Source: Laetmonice hystrix (taxonomy: Eukaryota). From it: 64,000 nt of DNA. The number at the start of each line of letters is the position of its first letter. Position 1 is the stretch's first letter. Positions 14,116-27,449 of this stretch are shown here, piece by piece. Below the pieces are notes generated by a model, which saw nothing but the letters and a program-made list of their open reading frames with translations, was not told the origin of the DNA and did no database searches. A program made the position numbers and the translations under genes. The stretch covers positions 22,818,001 to 22,882,000 of the forward strand of contig OZ249436.1 in NCBI GenBank assembly GCA_965235115.1. Reading direction: 5' to 3'.

Positions 14116-17100
14116 AAAAATAGGACCAAGGGTCCTGTATAGCTTACCAGAAAACGTTATTAGTTAATAAACTAAAAGGCACATATTATTTATCTTGAGT
14201 TGTCGAGGGGCACAGCGCATCCAGCGGGATAACCCTTGAGCTCAGCACAGACTAATACCGATATTAATATTAATAGGACCTGACATAGAACTTTATATAG
14301 TCTATGCCATAGTAGGGCCGGGAATCCCGTCTCCACTGCTAGGAGATGCGAGAGACTGACTGGTTCGCTACCTAGAGGAGTAGGCAGGGAAGCAATTCGT
14401 GGGAGAGATTCCCGTGACGTTATAGTCCATGGGATGCCCCCCCTACCAAACTGCGCATGCAAAAGCGACCTCTGGTGGAAGTTTGGTCCCCCACGCATTA
14501 TCAACACAGCGGGTCTTGTCAGAGGCTAGTGACGTCATTCGATTACAGCCGTTAAAAGAAAGGTCCACCGCCAGTGTGTACAGGCCAGGCACACAGGCCG
14601 TGATATTCTAAGCAATTTAAAAAAGATTTGAACACAATTTGTGCTCAAATAGTTAAGATATAAGCACTTTAGTGCCGGAGCCTGCTTAGAGGCTGTTCTG
14701 CTGGTGGATTCCGCCTTTAGCGTCTGCTCCTTGGGCTAATCTCACACAGCGCATGCTCGGACCACTGCTCTCCAGTTTGGGAGGAACGAAAAACTGACGC
14801 ACCTGTTGCATTGAGCGATTAGAAAGGTAGCGTTAACGTTGACAGCTTATAAGCAAAATTTGTTAGAACATAGACGAAAACCATCGATCATAGTGATGAG
14901 GAATGGCTAGGAATTAAGCCTACCGATGTCAGGGGATATATCAGGGTGGACGGATCTTGGCAAGCTCCAGCCGTGGGTTTCGGCCGCCTGCATTCAATTC
15001 GTCCCGCTCGGAGGTGCGATGTTGACGGAGCCCAGGGCCACTGGGCCGGGGGCCGGGCCCCGACTCCGACCGCAGGCGGGTGCTGGCAGTGTAAGACTCC
15101 TGTGGTCAGTTCAGCACAGACCTGCTACTGTGACTGTGGGACTGACCCCCTTTGAGTTGCCGACCCGCCTCGGCTGCCTTTACTTTAGTCTAGTCTAGCC
15201 TAGCCCCGGCATGCAATAGATGGGCCCTGGAACGTCACTTCCGGCCAGCCCAAAAGCAATAAATGGCTGCGCTGCTGAAGCCAGTGATTTTGACACGGTT
15301 GTCATGTTCAACTTATGACTTCTTGGAATAGGAGGACATCTATTTCCAACCACTACTCTGCAAGGTGAGTGTATATAGAGGCCTTGCAGCTGTCCAAATG
15401 TGATTTTTGACTGGACTTCTCCTTTAACATCCGGCTTTGCCCAACGTGTATTTCACAGGTGCCCCGGCTGGCAAGTGAGCTGAGAGTTTGTTGTAGAGAG
15501 TCCAGTGCGTCATGGCCTTTAAGGCTATGACGCACTGTAGGCACTGTAGCATTTAAGGCTATGACGCACTGGACAAAATCGGGGCCGATCACGCCCCGAT
15601 TGCCTGAATTCGGGACGTGACCGGGCGCCAGTGGGTCATAGGCATTCGGGATCCAGTCGGCACGAAGCACTCCCGATCGCCCGCCGATCACCCTCCGATT
15701 CAATATAGTCAAAAAAGTTTGATATCTGATCGGCGACATCGGCGGTGAGTTGGCAGTTGCTTGCGGCGAGTAGCAACAAGTCTGCATACCTGCATCATCG
15801 GTGGCAGTACCTTTTTCTTATTTTATATGATCTTTATACTTTATAAATCTTAAAGGCAGGGTAAACACCCACGGCAAATAAGGTTTCGTAGACCAAATGA
15901 AACACCAGCATTTACTTCAGGGCAATAAATGCCACAATTACGTTGTCTGAATGAAGTAATTAACGTGTAACTGCCCGATGTGTGACGCCGCTGGTTCTGA
16001 CCTTGACCTGCTTGTGTGTTCATTGGAGCCGAATGCTGCACACCGCGGCGTATTGCGTAACATTACATGTTACTCTGCTCACAGACCTTGTCTACACGAT
16101 GTTTGGAGTCCCAACGTTTGTAAACGTCCAAGCAGAACCAGCGGCGTCACACATCGGGCAGTTACACGTTAATTACTTCATTCAGACAACGTAATTGTGT
16201 CATTTATTGCCCTGAGGTAAATGATGGTGTTTCATTTGGTCTACGAAACCTTATTTGCCGTGGGTGTTTACCCTGCCTTTAAGAAAAATCTTAATTTTTT
16301 TTGGAACCACAGACCCAGGCCTCTGCTGTTATTTTCATATCGTGCACTAAATTCAAGCTGCACGCTGATTGGTCGTGATGCAATATACTATTACCAAGCA
16401 TACCGCCAGGTAGCCGTCAGTGAACGTTGGTAGATCTGCTGAAAATGACGGGCGTTCAACTGACCACAACGTGGCGTCTGCTCAGCGTTTCTGTGACGGT
16501 AAAAACGCGCCGCCGTCGGCCGTCAAGAGCCGCCAGCAAAGGCAACTAAAACGTTGCAGTGGATCTAGGCTTCCTGTCTCTCCCTTTGTTAAAAGAGACG
16601 TCAGATCCTCGTGGACTTACGGCAGTGTAGCTGCACGCTGCAGTCGACGGCAGGACCGTCGACACCCGGCTGACTGGGTGTAGGATTCACAGCATGGGCC
16701 ATGGCATCAGCTTGTCAGAGTCAAGACTAGAGCGGCGACCGGACGATTACAATTTGTGGAAAAACACAGTATATAGAAGTTGCATCCGAAAATGAAATAA
16801 AGTTCTTCATCCTCAAGGCGTGAAAAATACATAGTTGAAGCTTTGGGAGCAATAGCACGACGTCGACGGTAAGGTGGCGTTCTCACCTCAAACATTAGGC
16901 CCTTTGTCATATACTACTCGCAGTTACACTCGGCAACATCTGAAAATTTCTAAGTCCAGCCAGGGTTTCTGTAGTTTAGAGAAAAACTACAACATTCAAA
17001 CTTACATGAATCAAAGATCTTAATACAATTAGTAATTTAAAACCAAAATCTCAACTGCTGGTGCCGTTTTCGAGAAATGGGCGATTATGTGCTAAAAAGT

Positions 17101-17248
17101 GCCTACTTTCGCCCAAAAAATGGTAAAAAATAAAAATTTTGAAAATCTAAAAAAAAAGCTCCTAGGGAATGCCGTAGAAATCACTACGGACGACGGACGA
17201 CGGACGCTACCCCATAACTATCAGCCCAAAGGGCTGGTAAGCTAAAAA
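14116..17248 (-). mobile_element. Helentron-associated (HINE/DINE-1-like) element, family A, both ends present, with nested insertions
   Basis: Subterminal IR TAGCTTACCAG (14140-14150) / CTGGTAAGCTA (17234-17244); hairpins AGGACC-AAG-GGTCCT and CAGCCC-AAA-GGGCTG; (GACG)-type microsatellite near 17190; A-rich flanks without TSD; homologous blocks at 48320-51346. Confidence 0.75.
15854..16278. mobile_element. Kolobok-like MITE with ~145-bp TIRs
   Basis: TTAA TSD on both sides; termini AGGCAGGGTAAACAC / GTGTTTACCCTGCCT; second copy at 61053-61503. Confidence 0.85.
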
Positions 17249-17531
17249 CAAAAGAAAGTTTATTTTCATTTTTTAGTCTCATGTAAACTGTATACCACAA
17301 TATCTGGTCATATCTATATGCGTTTAACTCGCTGACACCAGTAACTAACACATGTTAGTCTGTTGCAGCAACACAAACACCCCACCAAGTTCCTTACTTT
17401 CAATGTAGCTATCACTGGCGGATCCAGTGGAGAGATTGCACAGAAAAGCAATTCATGATTGTTTGCATTACTAATTAAACCTCATGCTCTTGAATGAGAG
17501 TTTTAGAGGTATACATATGTCTAGGCCTTAA

Positions 17532-18103
17532 AGGGAAATGTGAGTGTTCAAAGCGCCACCTAGTGAGCCGCGTTGGTACCACGGGGAAAATGTGAGTATT
17601 CAAAGCGCCGCGTAGTGAGCTTTAAAAGAAAACTGTTTGGCTTATTTATGCAGTCAACTAGTTTGATCTGGAAATCAGTAGTATTTTTTAAACAATGAAC
17701 CAAACTGTGTGCCAGAACCTGTCTACTCCATTGAATGCTATAGTTAAGACCCGTGTTTTACCAAGGCACTGACTGTTTGGCAGGCTGTAACTTTTTTGTT
17801 GATTCGGTGACCCCCATTTTTTTTTGTTTTAAACTATTAGTCTTGATCCACTTTATCTTGCCACCGAGTTTCAGGAGAAAATTGGTGGTCATTTTTTAAC
17901 TATTAGTCAAAATGTCTGAAAAATCCTGTTTTTCCCATTGAAACCTATAGTAAAGACCCATTTTTTACGGAGGCCTGTATAAAAAAATCTAATTCGGTGA
18001 CATATGATTTTTTTTGTTTCTTTGTACTCCTAAGGACAAAGGCTATCCCCCATAAAAATATTTTGGAAATTCTAGTGGTGGATTCGAACACTTACATTTC
18101 CCT
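17532..18103. mobile_element. Kolobok-like non-autonomous element
   Basis: TTAA TSD; TIR AGGGAAATGTRAGTGTTCRAA. Confidence 0.75.
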
Positions 18104-18254
18104 TTAATAGCTCGGGGTTTCCCGGAGATACACCGTCAGCGTTAAAATTAATTAAAAATGAGTAGGCTATAGCCGTGTATAAGCCTATAATTAGTGAAGC
18201 TAAAGGGGGGGGGGCACGTGCCCCCTGTGCAAAGTAAAAAGGCAAGGAGCTACG

Positions 18255-18473
18255 TCGTTTTTTACATTTGACGTAAAAGTATTTCACATATATGCAGTAA
18301 ATTATTTTTTTCACATTTATCGTATTTTTTTTACATTTGAGGGAAGGTAATTTTTACATACATGCGGTAGAATTTTTCACATTTGACGTACGTTTTCACA
18401 TTTGTCGTCAATATTTGTTACATATGACGGCGTTTTTACATTTAGCGGAATTTTTACATTTGAAGTTGCTACA
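18255..18473. mobile_element. Partial element with repeated TTTTACATTT motifs, ending in ACA (Ginger-like end)
   Basis: Motif array similar in style to 40967-41375. Confidence 0.4.
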
Positions 18474-19143
18474 GATGACCTCTGAGTTAGTTCAGCATAT
18501 TATCCCTAGGTCCCCATTGGGAACTGGCCTGCCATATACCAAAAGCTGTGGTGTTCCCTTTAACACCCGTTGGTTAATGTGTCAATATATATATGGATTC
18601 CCAAAATAAAGGTGTGTCGTATTGTTTTCAATGCTCAGGGAAAGCAACAGCTTGATTAACAATGGGAGGTGATGGTGACACTGGCGCCTAGACAGTGATC
18701 TTTCACACTATGGTCAGGCTGGTGAAGCATCTAGCTGTTACCAGACCTGCCAACATTACCAATTTGTTTTGTGTAGCAACATTCACTGATTCAGCCCCAT
18801 GCCCCAAAGTGGCACAGCCAGGGCACGTGCCGCGTGCCAGGACGCAGGGTTAGGTACGGGGGGGGGGGAATATCCCCCTTCTGCAGGGGGATATGGAGAG
18901 CCACACCCAAAAAAATGAAATTAAGGGTTGTTTCAGATGCATTCTGAGCACATTTTGAGCAGAAAGTGATGCCTAACATAGGCCCTTCTTTTTCAACCAG
19001 CGGTGAAAAGGCGATTTTTACGGTAAATAGCCATTTCTAGTGGTTTTTGCGTAGGATATGAAGGACTGAGCGTAGCAGCGTGGTTGGAGTGTCAAATGCG
19101 TACCAAATACGCCAAATGCGTAGCAGTTGGCAGGCCTATGTGA

Positions 19144-19371
19144 TGCGGGATTTCCACCGGACGCGAGTGGTCGATTTGTTTTGGTGCGCACGCTCGCATC
19201 CAAAGTAGAAATCGTTGAAGTGATTGCAGTAATTTCCACCAGACGCGAGCGCGGCATGATGTGTGCGCACGCGTCTGGTGGAAATTACTGCAATCACTTC
19301 AACTATTTCTACTTTTAAAGCGCGCGCGCACCAAAACAAATCGCTCGCTCGCGTCCGGTGGAAATCCCGCA
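19144..19371. mobile_element. Palindromic PIF/Harbinger-type MITE
   Basis: TIR TGCGGGATTTCCACCGGACGCGAG; almost fully palindromic; flanks TGA/TTA. Confidence 0.75.
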
Positions 19372-21030
19372 TTACACGTTTCAGCATGTTTCATATGTTG
19401 AAGCATGGCTGCGGTTTGTACACAGAACAGGGCTGTCTATATTTGTTGCTATGTCGCATATTGGAGCGACAACAACAATGCAAATGCGACAAGGAAAAAA
19501 CTGAACGACAGATTGATTTGGGAACCAGGCCTAGGTGACGCATTTGATTTGGTGATCCTCCAGTGACCCATAAAAAGTTAAAGCACTGTAACCACGCATT
19601 TAATCTCCCAGGAGTAAGCGTGACGGAGAGAGTACCTTTTTGGGGCAAAGTTTAGCCAATTTGACTTTAATTCCACCTCTGCCGCCTACTCTCATCCCCT
19701 TTCTTGCAAAATAGCTGCTAAAATGGGCGTGTGGGGACTCTTTGGTTAAGGGGGGCAGAGGGGTTGATTTGCTCGAAATTTCTCTGTCCGATTTTAGTTC
19801 TGGTTGCTTTGCCTGAATTGTCCCCACTGTTTTGCCCGAATTGGGGGGGGGGGACTGCCCCCTGCCCCCTCCCGGCTCGTACGCCTGACTTCTAATTTGC
19901 TGGGGTTGATAGTTCTGGTGCGCAGATTTGGATGTGCTGTGCACCAAGCTGCCGCATCTTTGGATAGCCCTGCAGAAGATTACGGTATATACAATTGATA
20001 TTTCTGCTTATTGCTAGCCCAAGGGCTTGTACCTAGAAACAATTGCTGCTGCCGGTATTTGTGAACTTTGTACAGCCAAAGCAGACGTGTCACGTCATCT
20101 TTAGGCCTGTTGCGATATTTACTTTTCGAGACTTCTATCTGTAGAACAATATAGAATGAGGTGTAATATTTAAAGTTGGTTGAATGTCACTTGGTCAACA
20201 CTTCAACGGCAAAATATAATAATGTTTTGGTCCCGTGCACCAACTTACCTAATTAGAATGGCACAAGCAAAACTAGCAGCACAACATGTGTCAAATTGCT
20301 AGGCTATACATGAGATTTTAGCTACTACTACAGGTTAGTGATTAACGGTCGTTATCTACAAAACATCTTCTGTGTTTATCTGTTCCTTCTCATTAATTGA
20401 GGCCACCATGGCAAATTGCTGGCATGAAGTTTACGAACACAAAACTCCATCTCAACAGTCATACCTGTCCATAGGTCAATAGCAACTGTATTAATATCAG
20501 AGAAATCATTTCAATACACAACAATGTTCAATTACCTACAAAACTAGGTAAAAGCATGTAGACATGGCAAACTGCCTACTTTTAAAGCACATTAAAAGTG
20601 CAAGAAAAGTGAAAAATTGTAATCGGCAAAATCTTCAAAAATCCTGACACTACTTAGTAATTAAAAAGATATCTCGAGCCCTCACCTTCCACTTCCTCAT
20701 CAGGTGCTGGTATTTGGATAGAAAAAAATACTACAGTAACCTTCACACAAAATTTCTTGAGTCATACATACTAAAATAAACAGGAGGCTTTTCAAATAAG
20801 AACAAATAAAAATGAAAAAATCAAGAAGTATTCTGATTCCTTTTGTACGAAGAAGAATCTGTTGTTAACTATTTCTGCAACAGAAATACAAAGAAAAATA
20901 TGTGGGTACTGATAGCGGTACCGTCAGTATAAGCAAACCAAAGTACTGGGCTTTGCTCATGAATTCTGTCAACAGTATAATCCTGTTTTGACTGTGTTAT
21001 GTTTCTTGTAACGTGAGCGGAAATGCTTAC

Positions 21031-24000
21031 CTCTGTGAACAAAGACGATCTGGCTATTGTCAACGAGTGCCTGTGTGAAGTTAACGATGTTCTGGGTGAT
21101 TCTCGAAGCGAGTGCCACGTCACCGTTGCTAGGGTTGTCTATGACGTATACGAGTCCCTCTGGCGGCGTGTCCTGGTCAACGGCCTTGAGGTGGTCAGAC
21201 GTAATTACGGTCACCGACCCGATCCAGACATCAAGCCGCTTCCTGGCCACGATGTGTGGAGGCTCGTCATTGGTGGGTATGATGGTGACTGTGATGGTGT
21301 AGGGATTGCTCTGTTTGTGGGACACGTCAGACTTAGCTATTACTGTGAAAGAATCGGTCAGTGTATCATTACCGTTGTGGACGTAGTAGATGTAGGCCTC
21401 ATGGAGTTGGTTCTGGGTAAACTGTAGCACTGATACCCCTGGGGTGCTACGGGACTCAATCCAGCCACTGATTGGTTCCTGGATGATGACGTAGACAAGG
21501 TTCTCACTCTGAAAATGCCGGCTGGTCACGTGAATCAACTCCTCTGACAACAGTTGGCTCTCCCCTTCAATTAGCGAGAAGTCGTCCACTTGAACAGGTA
21601 TGACTTTTGGTACGATCTCAAAGACGAACTCCAGACCTTGTAGAGACTGAATGCCGTTGGTGACGTCAAACATGAAGGTGTCTGAGGTAGGCCCTATGTC
21701 TTGGTGCTGGTACTTGAGGCGCAAGTTATTGATGTCATCCTGAGTAAACATCCTGAGTTCCTCACCTTCAGCGCCCCCTGCCAGCGACAGGATACCGTTC
21801 TGGGGCAGCACAGTGATGGTATAGTGGATTTCCTCATCCGGGGTTTCAGGATGGGCCACCTCGAGGTCATCATGACTTATGACGACCTCTGAATGCTCAT
21901 CAACAATGACTACACGGTTGTTGACAATCCGTGGGGGGTCCTGGTGGCTCTCCAACAGTATCTTAATCCTCATTTCTCCGTCGATCTGCACGTCCTCTAT
22001 ACGGACAGAAAACGTGAACATGTCCTGCAAATTATTGCTGCCATCATGTTCATAAAATAATTGCTCATTTCTGACATCAGCCAGGTTAAATCTGTGTTTT
22101 TCGACGTCATTTTTTAGTATCTTTCCATGTTTAGGGGCATTTTGAAGGATGAATTTGATATCTTTATCATCGGCGTCCAGGTTTGTCTCAACACTAAGAT
22201 TACTCCATAGGATTGGCACCATCTCCCCCTTTTGCACCGACAGTCCTGTATTGTTCAGGAAGCGAATATATGGATCCGAGGCACGTACTTCAAATAGGCT
22301 AGTTGCAAAATATTGTCCATCAGTGACCCACATAACAGTGCGGCCATAGTTTTGACCTTTGTGCTTAAAGAGAAGGTTTCCTTGCTGTAGGTCCTTCTGG
22401 GTAAACTGAGTCACACTCACTGTTTGGTTGTCTGCCCAGACGACGTCACCATTGGGGATACCCTGCAAAGTGTACTGGAGTAATGAGCTGTCATAATCAA
22501 TGTCTGGATCTACGTACGAAATGTCATCCGACGTTATAATGCGCCCTCTGTTGGCCACAACATTGAATACCTTGTCAACAACCCTCAGCGGTGGGTTATC
22601 ATTTCGAAGTAAAATCTTTATCTCAAAGATTCCCGTGAACTCTGTGATTTCCTGCTCAATGACCTCTGGCCTTTCCTGTATGATTGGTGTGGTGATAAAG
22701 CTGAAAGAATCCTCCATGCTTTCCGTATTGTCGTGTTTGTACACCACCTTTCCCTCATTGATGTCGTCATTAGTGAAGGTTGTGCTCCCGTTCTGTTCCC
22801 TAGTGTTGCCCGTGGCTGGGTCTATGAGCTGAATCTTTCCGTGTGATGGCCCTGTAATTATTGTGTATCTGAAGTCTTTGTAGGAGCTCGTCCCCATGTG
22901 TAGTTCCTCAGCCGTAATAATCTTGGTCTCTCCTTCCAATACGCCGTGAAGACCGTTGTTAATGAAGTTACCTTTCAGGGGCTTGTAGCTCATTTTGAAT
23001 GAGAAGACCTGGGAGATATCCCCAGGCACGTGCAGCCTAAAGAGGAACTCGTCATCAATTTGAGAGTACAAGGCTTTCTGGATCCTGTAGAGGATCCCTT
23101 CTCCAGCCAGATCATCTTGTGTGAAGTTTGAGCCGACTGTCAGGTGCTGCCGCTTATCAGAGCCAAAACTATGTGGTCTAATCCGGTGGAGAGTTCCATG
23201 ACTTGGTACAGTCAGCACAGAATATATAATATCAGTCACCTGTTGGCCTTCAATGGAACTATTAGCAAGGAGATGGTCTGTGGTTATGTATCCCTCTTTG
23301 ACACCCTTCAGGACCAAAGGTTCATTGACCACCAATTGTACGGTGGCCTTCAATAAATCAATGGTGAATGTCATCTCTTCACTTTCTTCCTTCATAGCTG
23401 TGACTTGGAACTTGAACCATTCCTCAGCATACAACGGTTGAGGGTGAGTGTGAATGTACCGGACTCGACTCTTGTCAATGTGTCGCTGTGTGAATGTGCT
23501 GACAGCAACCCATTTATTGTTTGCATACTGCTGTCGTTCTACGGCTCCATAATATGGTGTTTCTGTTATGTCATAACGAATGTCTATGTCTTGGTTAGGG
23601 GCATTGGTTGTAAATGTCAAGTTATTTCTTGTTATGAGTTCTGTACCTCCAGGTGCTACAATGATACCTGTGTTTGCAACTAAATTAAGAATAAGAGGAA
23701 CTGCTTGGATCTTGAGTACTTTGGGGTCACTTGTATCCTTCCCATCTGACACCTGTAGGCGTAACTCTGTGTGAAGTTTCCCACGGTGGATGTAGCGTAT
23801 TCGGCTCTCATTGATGTCGTCCTGGGTGAATGATGTAATCCTGGCCCGGACACCCAGACTGTCGGATATCTCAAAGTAACCCACATCAAAGGCCTGAGGG
23901 TACTTGATGATATACTCAAGGTCCTGAGGGTTATCATCCTTGTCATTGACATGTAAGATTCGGGGCGTTATCTTCACCTGGGTGTTCTCAACCAAAACCA

Positions 24001-25644
24001 AAACGTCTCCTTCAGGTAGCCGGATGTCAGGTTTGTCGTTCCATGGGGCCACTTTGATGATGAGCGTGAACCCATACTTCTGGAGAAGTTTTGTAGGCAT
24101 TCTATCATCCACGTTCAGGAACTCAAGCTCCATGCCAATGCTGTCCATTGACCCCTCTGAACCATCATGGACATATGTTACCTTACCATTGTTTATGTCC
24201 AATGCAGTGAAGACAGGCCTCCTTGTTCGTTGATCTACATCAACTTTAAGGTCTCCGTGTTCAGGCAGGTTCACTACTTGGAACACAATTGATGATGATC
24301 GAAGCCCGATAGCTTCATAATCAAACATAATGTCTATATTACTGGATGTGATGATTGCCTGGCCACCTTCCCGCACAACAACATCTTGTACCACCAGAAT
24401 GTCATGCAGGGGAACCTTAGGGGGTTCGCCTGATGTCCCTGGAATCTTCATACATTTCCTTCGACTGCAGAGACATTCATATCCATAGTAACCAGTCTCT
24501 ATACACGTTGCACCTTCGATGCAGGGGCTGCTAAGACATGCATACATCCAAACACATTCAGGTTTCAAGCCACGTGACACCTGCGCTTCATGGAATCCCA
24601 CAACTTTAGTATTCACTCTCAGGTTTTGCATGCAACCTTGCAAGGATCCGGCCGGGGCATTCAGTCCTTGTAACGACACCAGTTCACGCTGTATTGCCTG
24701 TGCGCGGTGCTGCAGACTGACACCACCGACGAACAGGTAACCATGAAGGTCCAGAAAACGGTTCTGACCAAAGTTTGTCCGCGCTTCCCGGCGCTCTCTA
24801 TCCACCGTGACCCGAATGAAGGTCAACTCGAGGATGACCTCCACCTGGTGCCAGGTGCCGTCATTGACTGATGTCTCATGGGTCAGGGACGCCTCCCCAC
24901 TCCCTTTATTAACCGTAAGTTGGATTTTACCGCGAACCAACTCTACGGCTATAAAGTCTGAGTTAGGCTGATTACCAGCATTGTAGAAAAGTAAGGCTGT
25001 GGACGTTCGCGTGCGGAGGTCAAAACTTATACTACCATCTCTACGGGCCTGCAGAGGAAGGAGGGCAAGGAAGGAAGTGTTAGTTAGGAAGCTGATTGGT
25101 TGGTGGGACGTGGCCCCAAACTCCTGGCTACACTCCCATTCGATACCATAAACATTCAGTGGGTCGCCCTGTTGCTGGGCTCCATGAAAGATATCAATGG
25201 AATTGAACAGAACATCTCGCAAGCAGCCACGATAGTCCTGAAAGTTTCCGAAGAATACATCCACAAAGGTGCCAATGCCCCCAAGGAATATACCCTGGTT
25301 GATGTTGAGCTCAAAGAATCGACCGGGCGTGGTGGTCGTGGTGGTATAGAGGCCGTCAATCGTCAACTGAAGCTGCTCCTGAGAACGCATCAGCTGGATG
25401 TAATGCCACTGCCAGTCATCAAACCGTACACCAGGGGGCGACGACAATGAAGCTTCCCCTGATCCGAGGTCGATGCGCACACGCACCATCCCATTTTTGA
25501 GCTCAATAACAGCATAGTCAGGGGAACCAGCCGCAAGGAGAAGCAAACCGTTGGCGCGATGGGTTCGGAACTGCAGCTTAATGTCACTTTCACTGCTAGC
25601 GTCCTCCAGTGGTAGACGTAGGTAGCTATCTCCGTAGAAAGAAC
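21031..25644 (-). CDS. CSPG4: Internal coding exon of a chondroitin sulfate proteoglycan 4 (NG2/kon-tiki)-like protein: 2 laminin G domains, EGF-like motif, ~10 CSPG (cadherin-like) repeats
   Basis: 1567-aa ORF with SFYGDSY...LQFRT...GLLLLAAG LamG start and repeated FTQxDIN...YxH.G.E...DxFxFxVxDG motifs; acceptor ttttatatttcag|GTTCT at 25645/25644 and donor AGAG|gtaagc at 21031/21030; 4614 bp, phase 1-1. Confidence 0.92.
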
Positions 25645-27264
25645 CTGAAATATAAAAACAAAGAAAAGACATCAGTTGTGAATTCTATATTTCGTAACTC
25701 ACAGTTTTTAAAATGAGCCCTGATGAAGAAATGTCGGCCATTTATGAATACAAAACCATCTACACTCATCCTCCTGTAGGGTTATCAACCTCACAGTGTA
25801 AAATATCACACCATAAACAACAAATCAATGCATAAATAAGAGGTTGCAAATTTTCCCGCAGTCAAAAATCCCGTGCCAAAAGAAAACTATGGAGTAAAGA
25901 TGTTTTCCTCGTGTCATTTATTTCCGGCGGCGTGGTGGGACTGAATATGTGTCAACCCGAGCACGGCCCCCATTTACACCATTAGCACCTCACATCTGAA
26001 AGCACTGGATGTAAATACAATGAACAGAGACAGACGCAAAGCTTGACAACGCTGCAAAGACTGACAATGCCATCTGCCCTCCGGTCTGTCTCTGGATTTC
26101 TTTTATGCGAAATGGAGAAAACCCATACTCATATTGCAATGCCATATAAATATCTCATGCCATTAAGGATCTTTTTGTAGTCACTCAAAAACCTTCTTGC
26201 TTGGCCTACTGGTCTACTCTAGTTTCTTCAGAATTCCAAACTGCAAAACAATCTGCGAATAAATACCGACACAAAGGAGATACCCTTGATTTTAAAAATT
26301 AATTTGCATGCTTTGTAAGAGAAAGGACTTTGTTATTCATTAAGAGTAATGACGAGAGGTTGTTTGAAGGCTATCACCCACAAATTGGATTACATCTGAA
26401 GTGCTTGTTCTCCAGGCAATTTATTGTGAACGAATCTGACTACGGGAAGTGTTTTATTTCACATTAAAAAAAAACCAAAACTTCAGCACACTACAAACAA
26501 CAAATGATACGTTGTGCTTTTGATAGATGACTTGATATAATATATATAAATGTTGCCTAATTTTTTTCTGGCTGTCATTTCCCCTTGTGTTTTCCCCGTG
26601 TTTTGGCAATTTTTACAAATTCTCTGTGTTCATCATCTTGCAGATAACAAGAAAACAAGTTGCCTTATGCTCAGTAATCCTCTTTATATTAACTCTCTGG
26701 GCCCTCCTTTTCCCCAGATCTATCCCCGGCCCGCAAACCAACTTTCCTAGGCTAGTTCTTTCTTCTTCTAATCAATCGGGGTTGGGGTGAGGGTGGGGTT
26801 ATCATGAATGTTGGTCTGGCACTAATTAAAGATGTGAGGGTCATTCCATTCCCATGCAAACGCTGGATCCTGTCTGCATATCATCTCCAGTCAATTTGCT
26901 CACGGGAATGTTTGAGAAGGCATTCTGTCCCGGGACGTACCACCCGACATCAATCAACCTCATCAACCTCAACCTCTGCCTCCCACGTATTCTCCCAGCA
27001 GGTGCCCCCCCCCCCCCATCCCCAACCCCCAACCCCCAACCCCGACCACGTCCAACAATGGCCATCGACAAACTTAAAGCAACAGCCCACATGTTGGCAA
27101 TCCTTCTCCAACCGCTGACTGATCATTTGATGGGGTTTTTTGCAAAGCTAATGTAAGAACAATGTGTTAGTGTAGGCCTGAGTGGTCAGGCTACTTAATA
27201 GTTACTTAATAGTTAATAGGTACTTAGAGTCTCGAAATGGGTAAAGCTAGCTTCTTAACACTGT

Positions 27265-27449
27265 CGTCCTGGGTGAGATGGGATCCCAACGCAGACGTCC
27301 GGGTGAGATGGGATCCCAACGCAGACGTCCTGGGTGAGATGGGATCCCAACGCAAACGTCCTGGGTGAGATGGGATCCCAACGCAGACGTCCTGGGTGAG
27401 ATGGGATCCCAACGCAGACGTCCTGGGTGAAATGGGATCCCAACGCAGA
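27265..27449. repeat. Minisatellite, 31 bp x 6
   Basis: Unit CGTCCTGGGTGAGATGGGATCCCAACGCAGA. Confidence 0.95.

Noticed and set aside
21023..25593. Short antisense and alternate-frame ORFs inside the big exon
   Set aside because: Shadow ORFs of a real coding sequence, with no recognisable motifs
25645..25672. ATG at 25672 and stop at 20969 as the ends of a single-exon gene
   Set aside because: MSFLCFYIS is the polypyrimidine tract and acceptor, and the tail after VHRG follows a GTAAGC donor; the ORF has no signal peptide or transmembrane segment
27265..27449. 31-bp repeats (also 57842-57944 and 9263-9460) as CRISPR arrays
   Set aside because: Head-to-tail units without unique spacers, no cas genes, eukaryotic context
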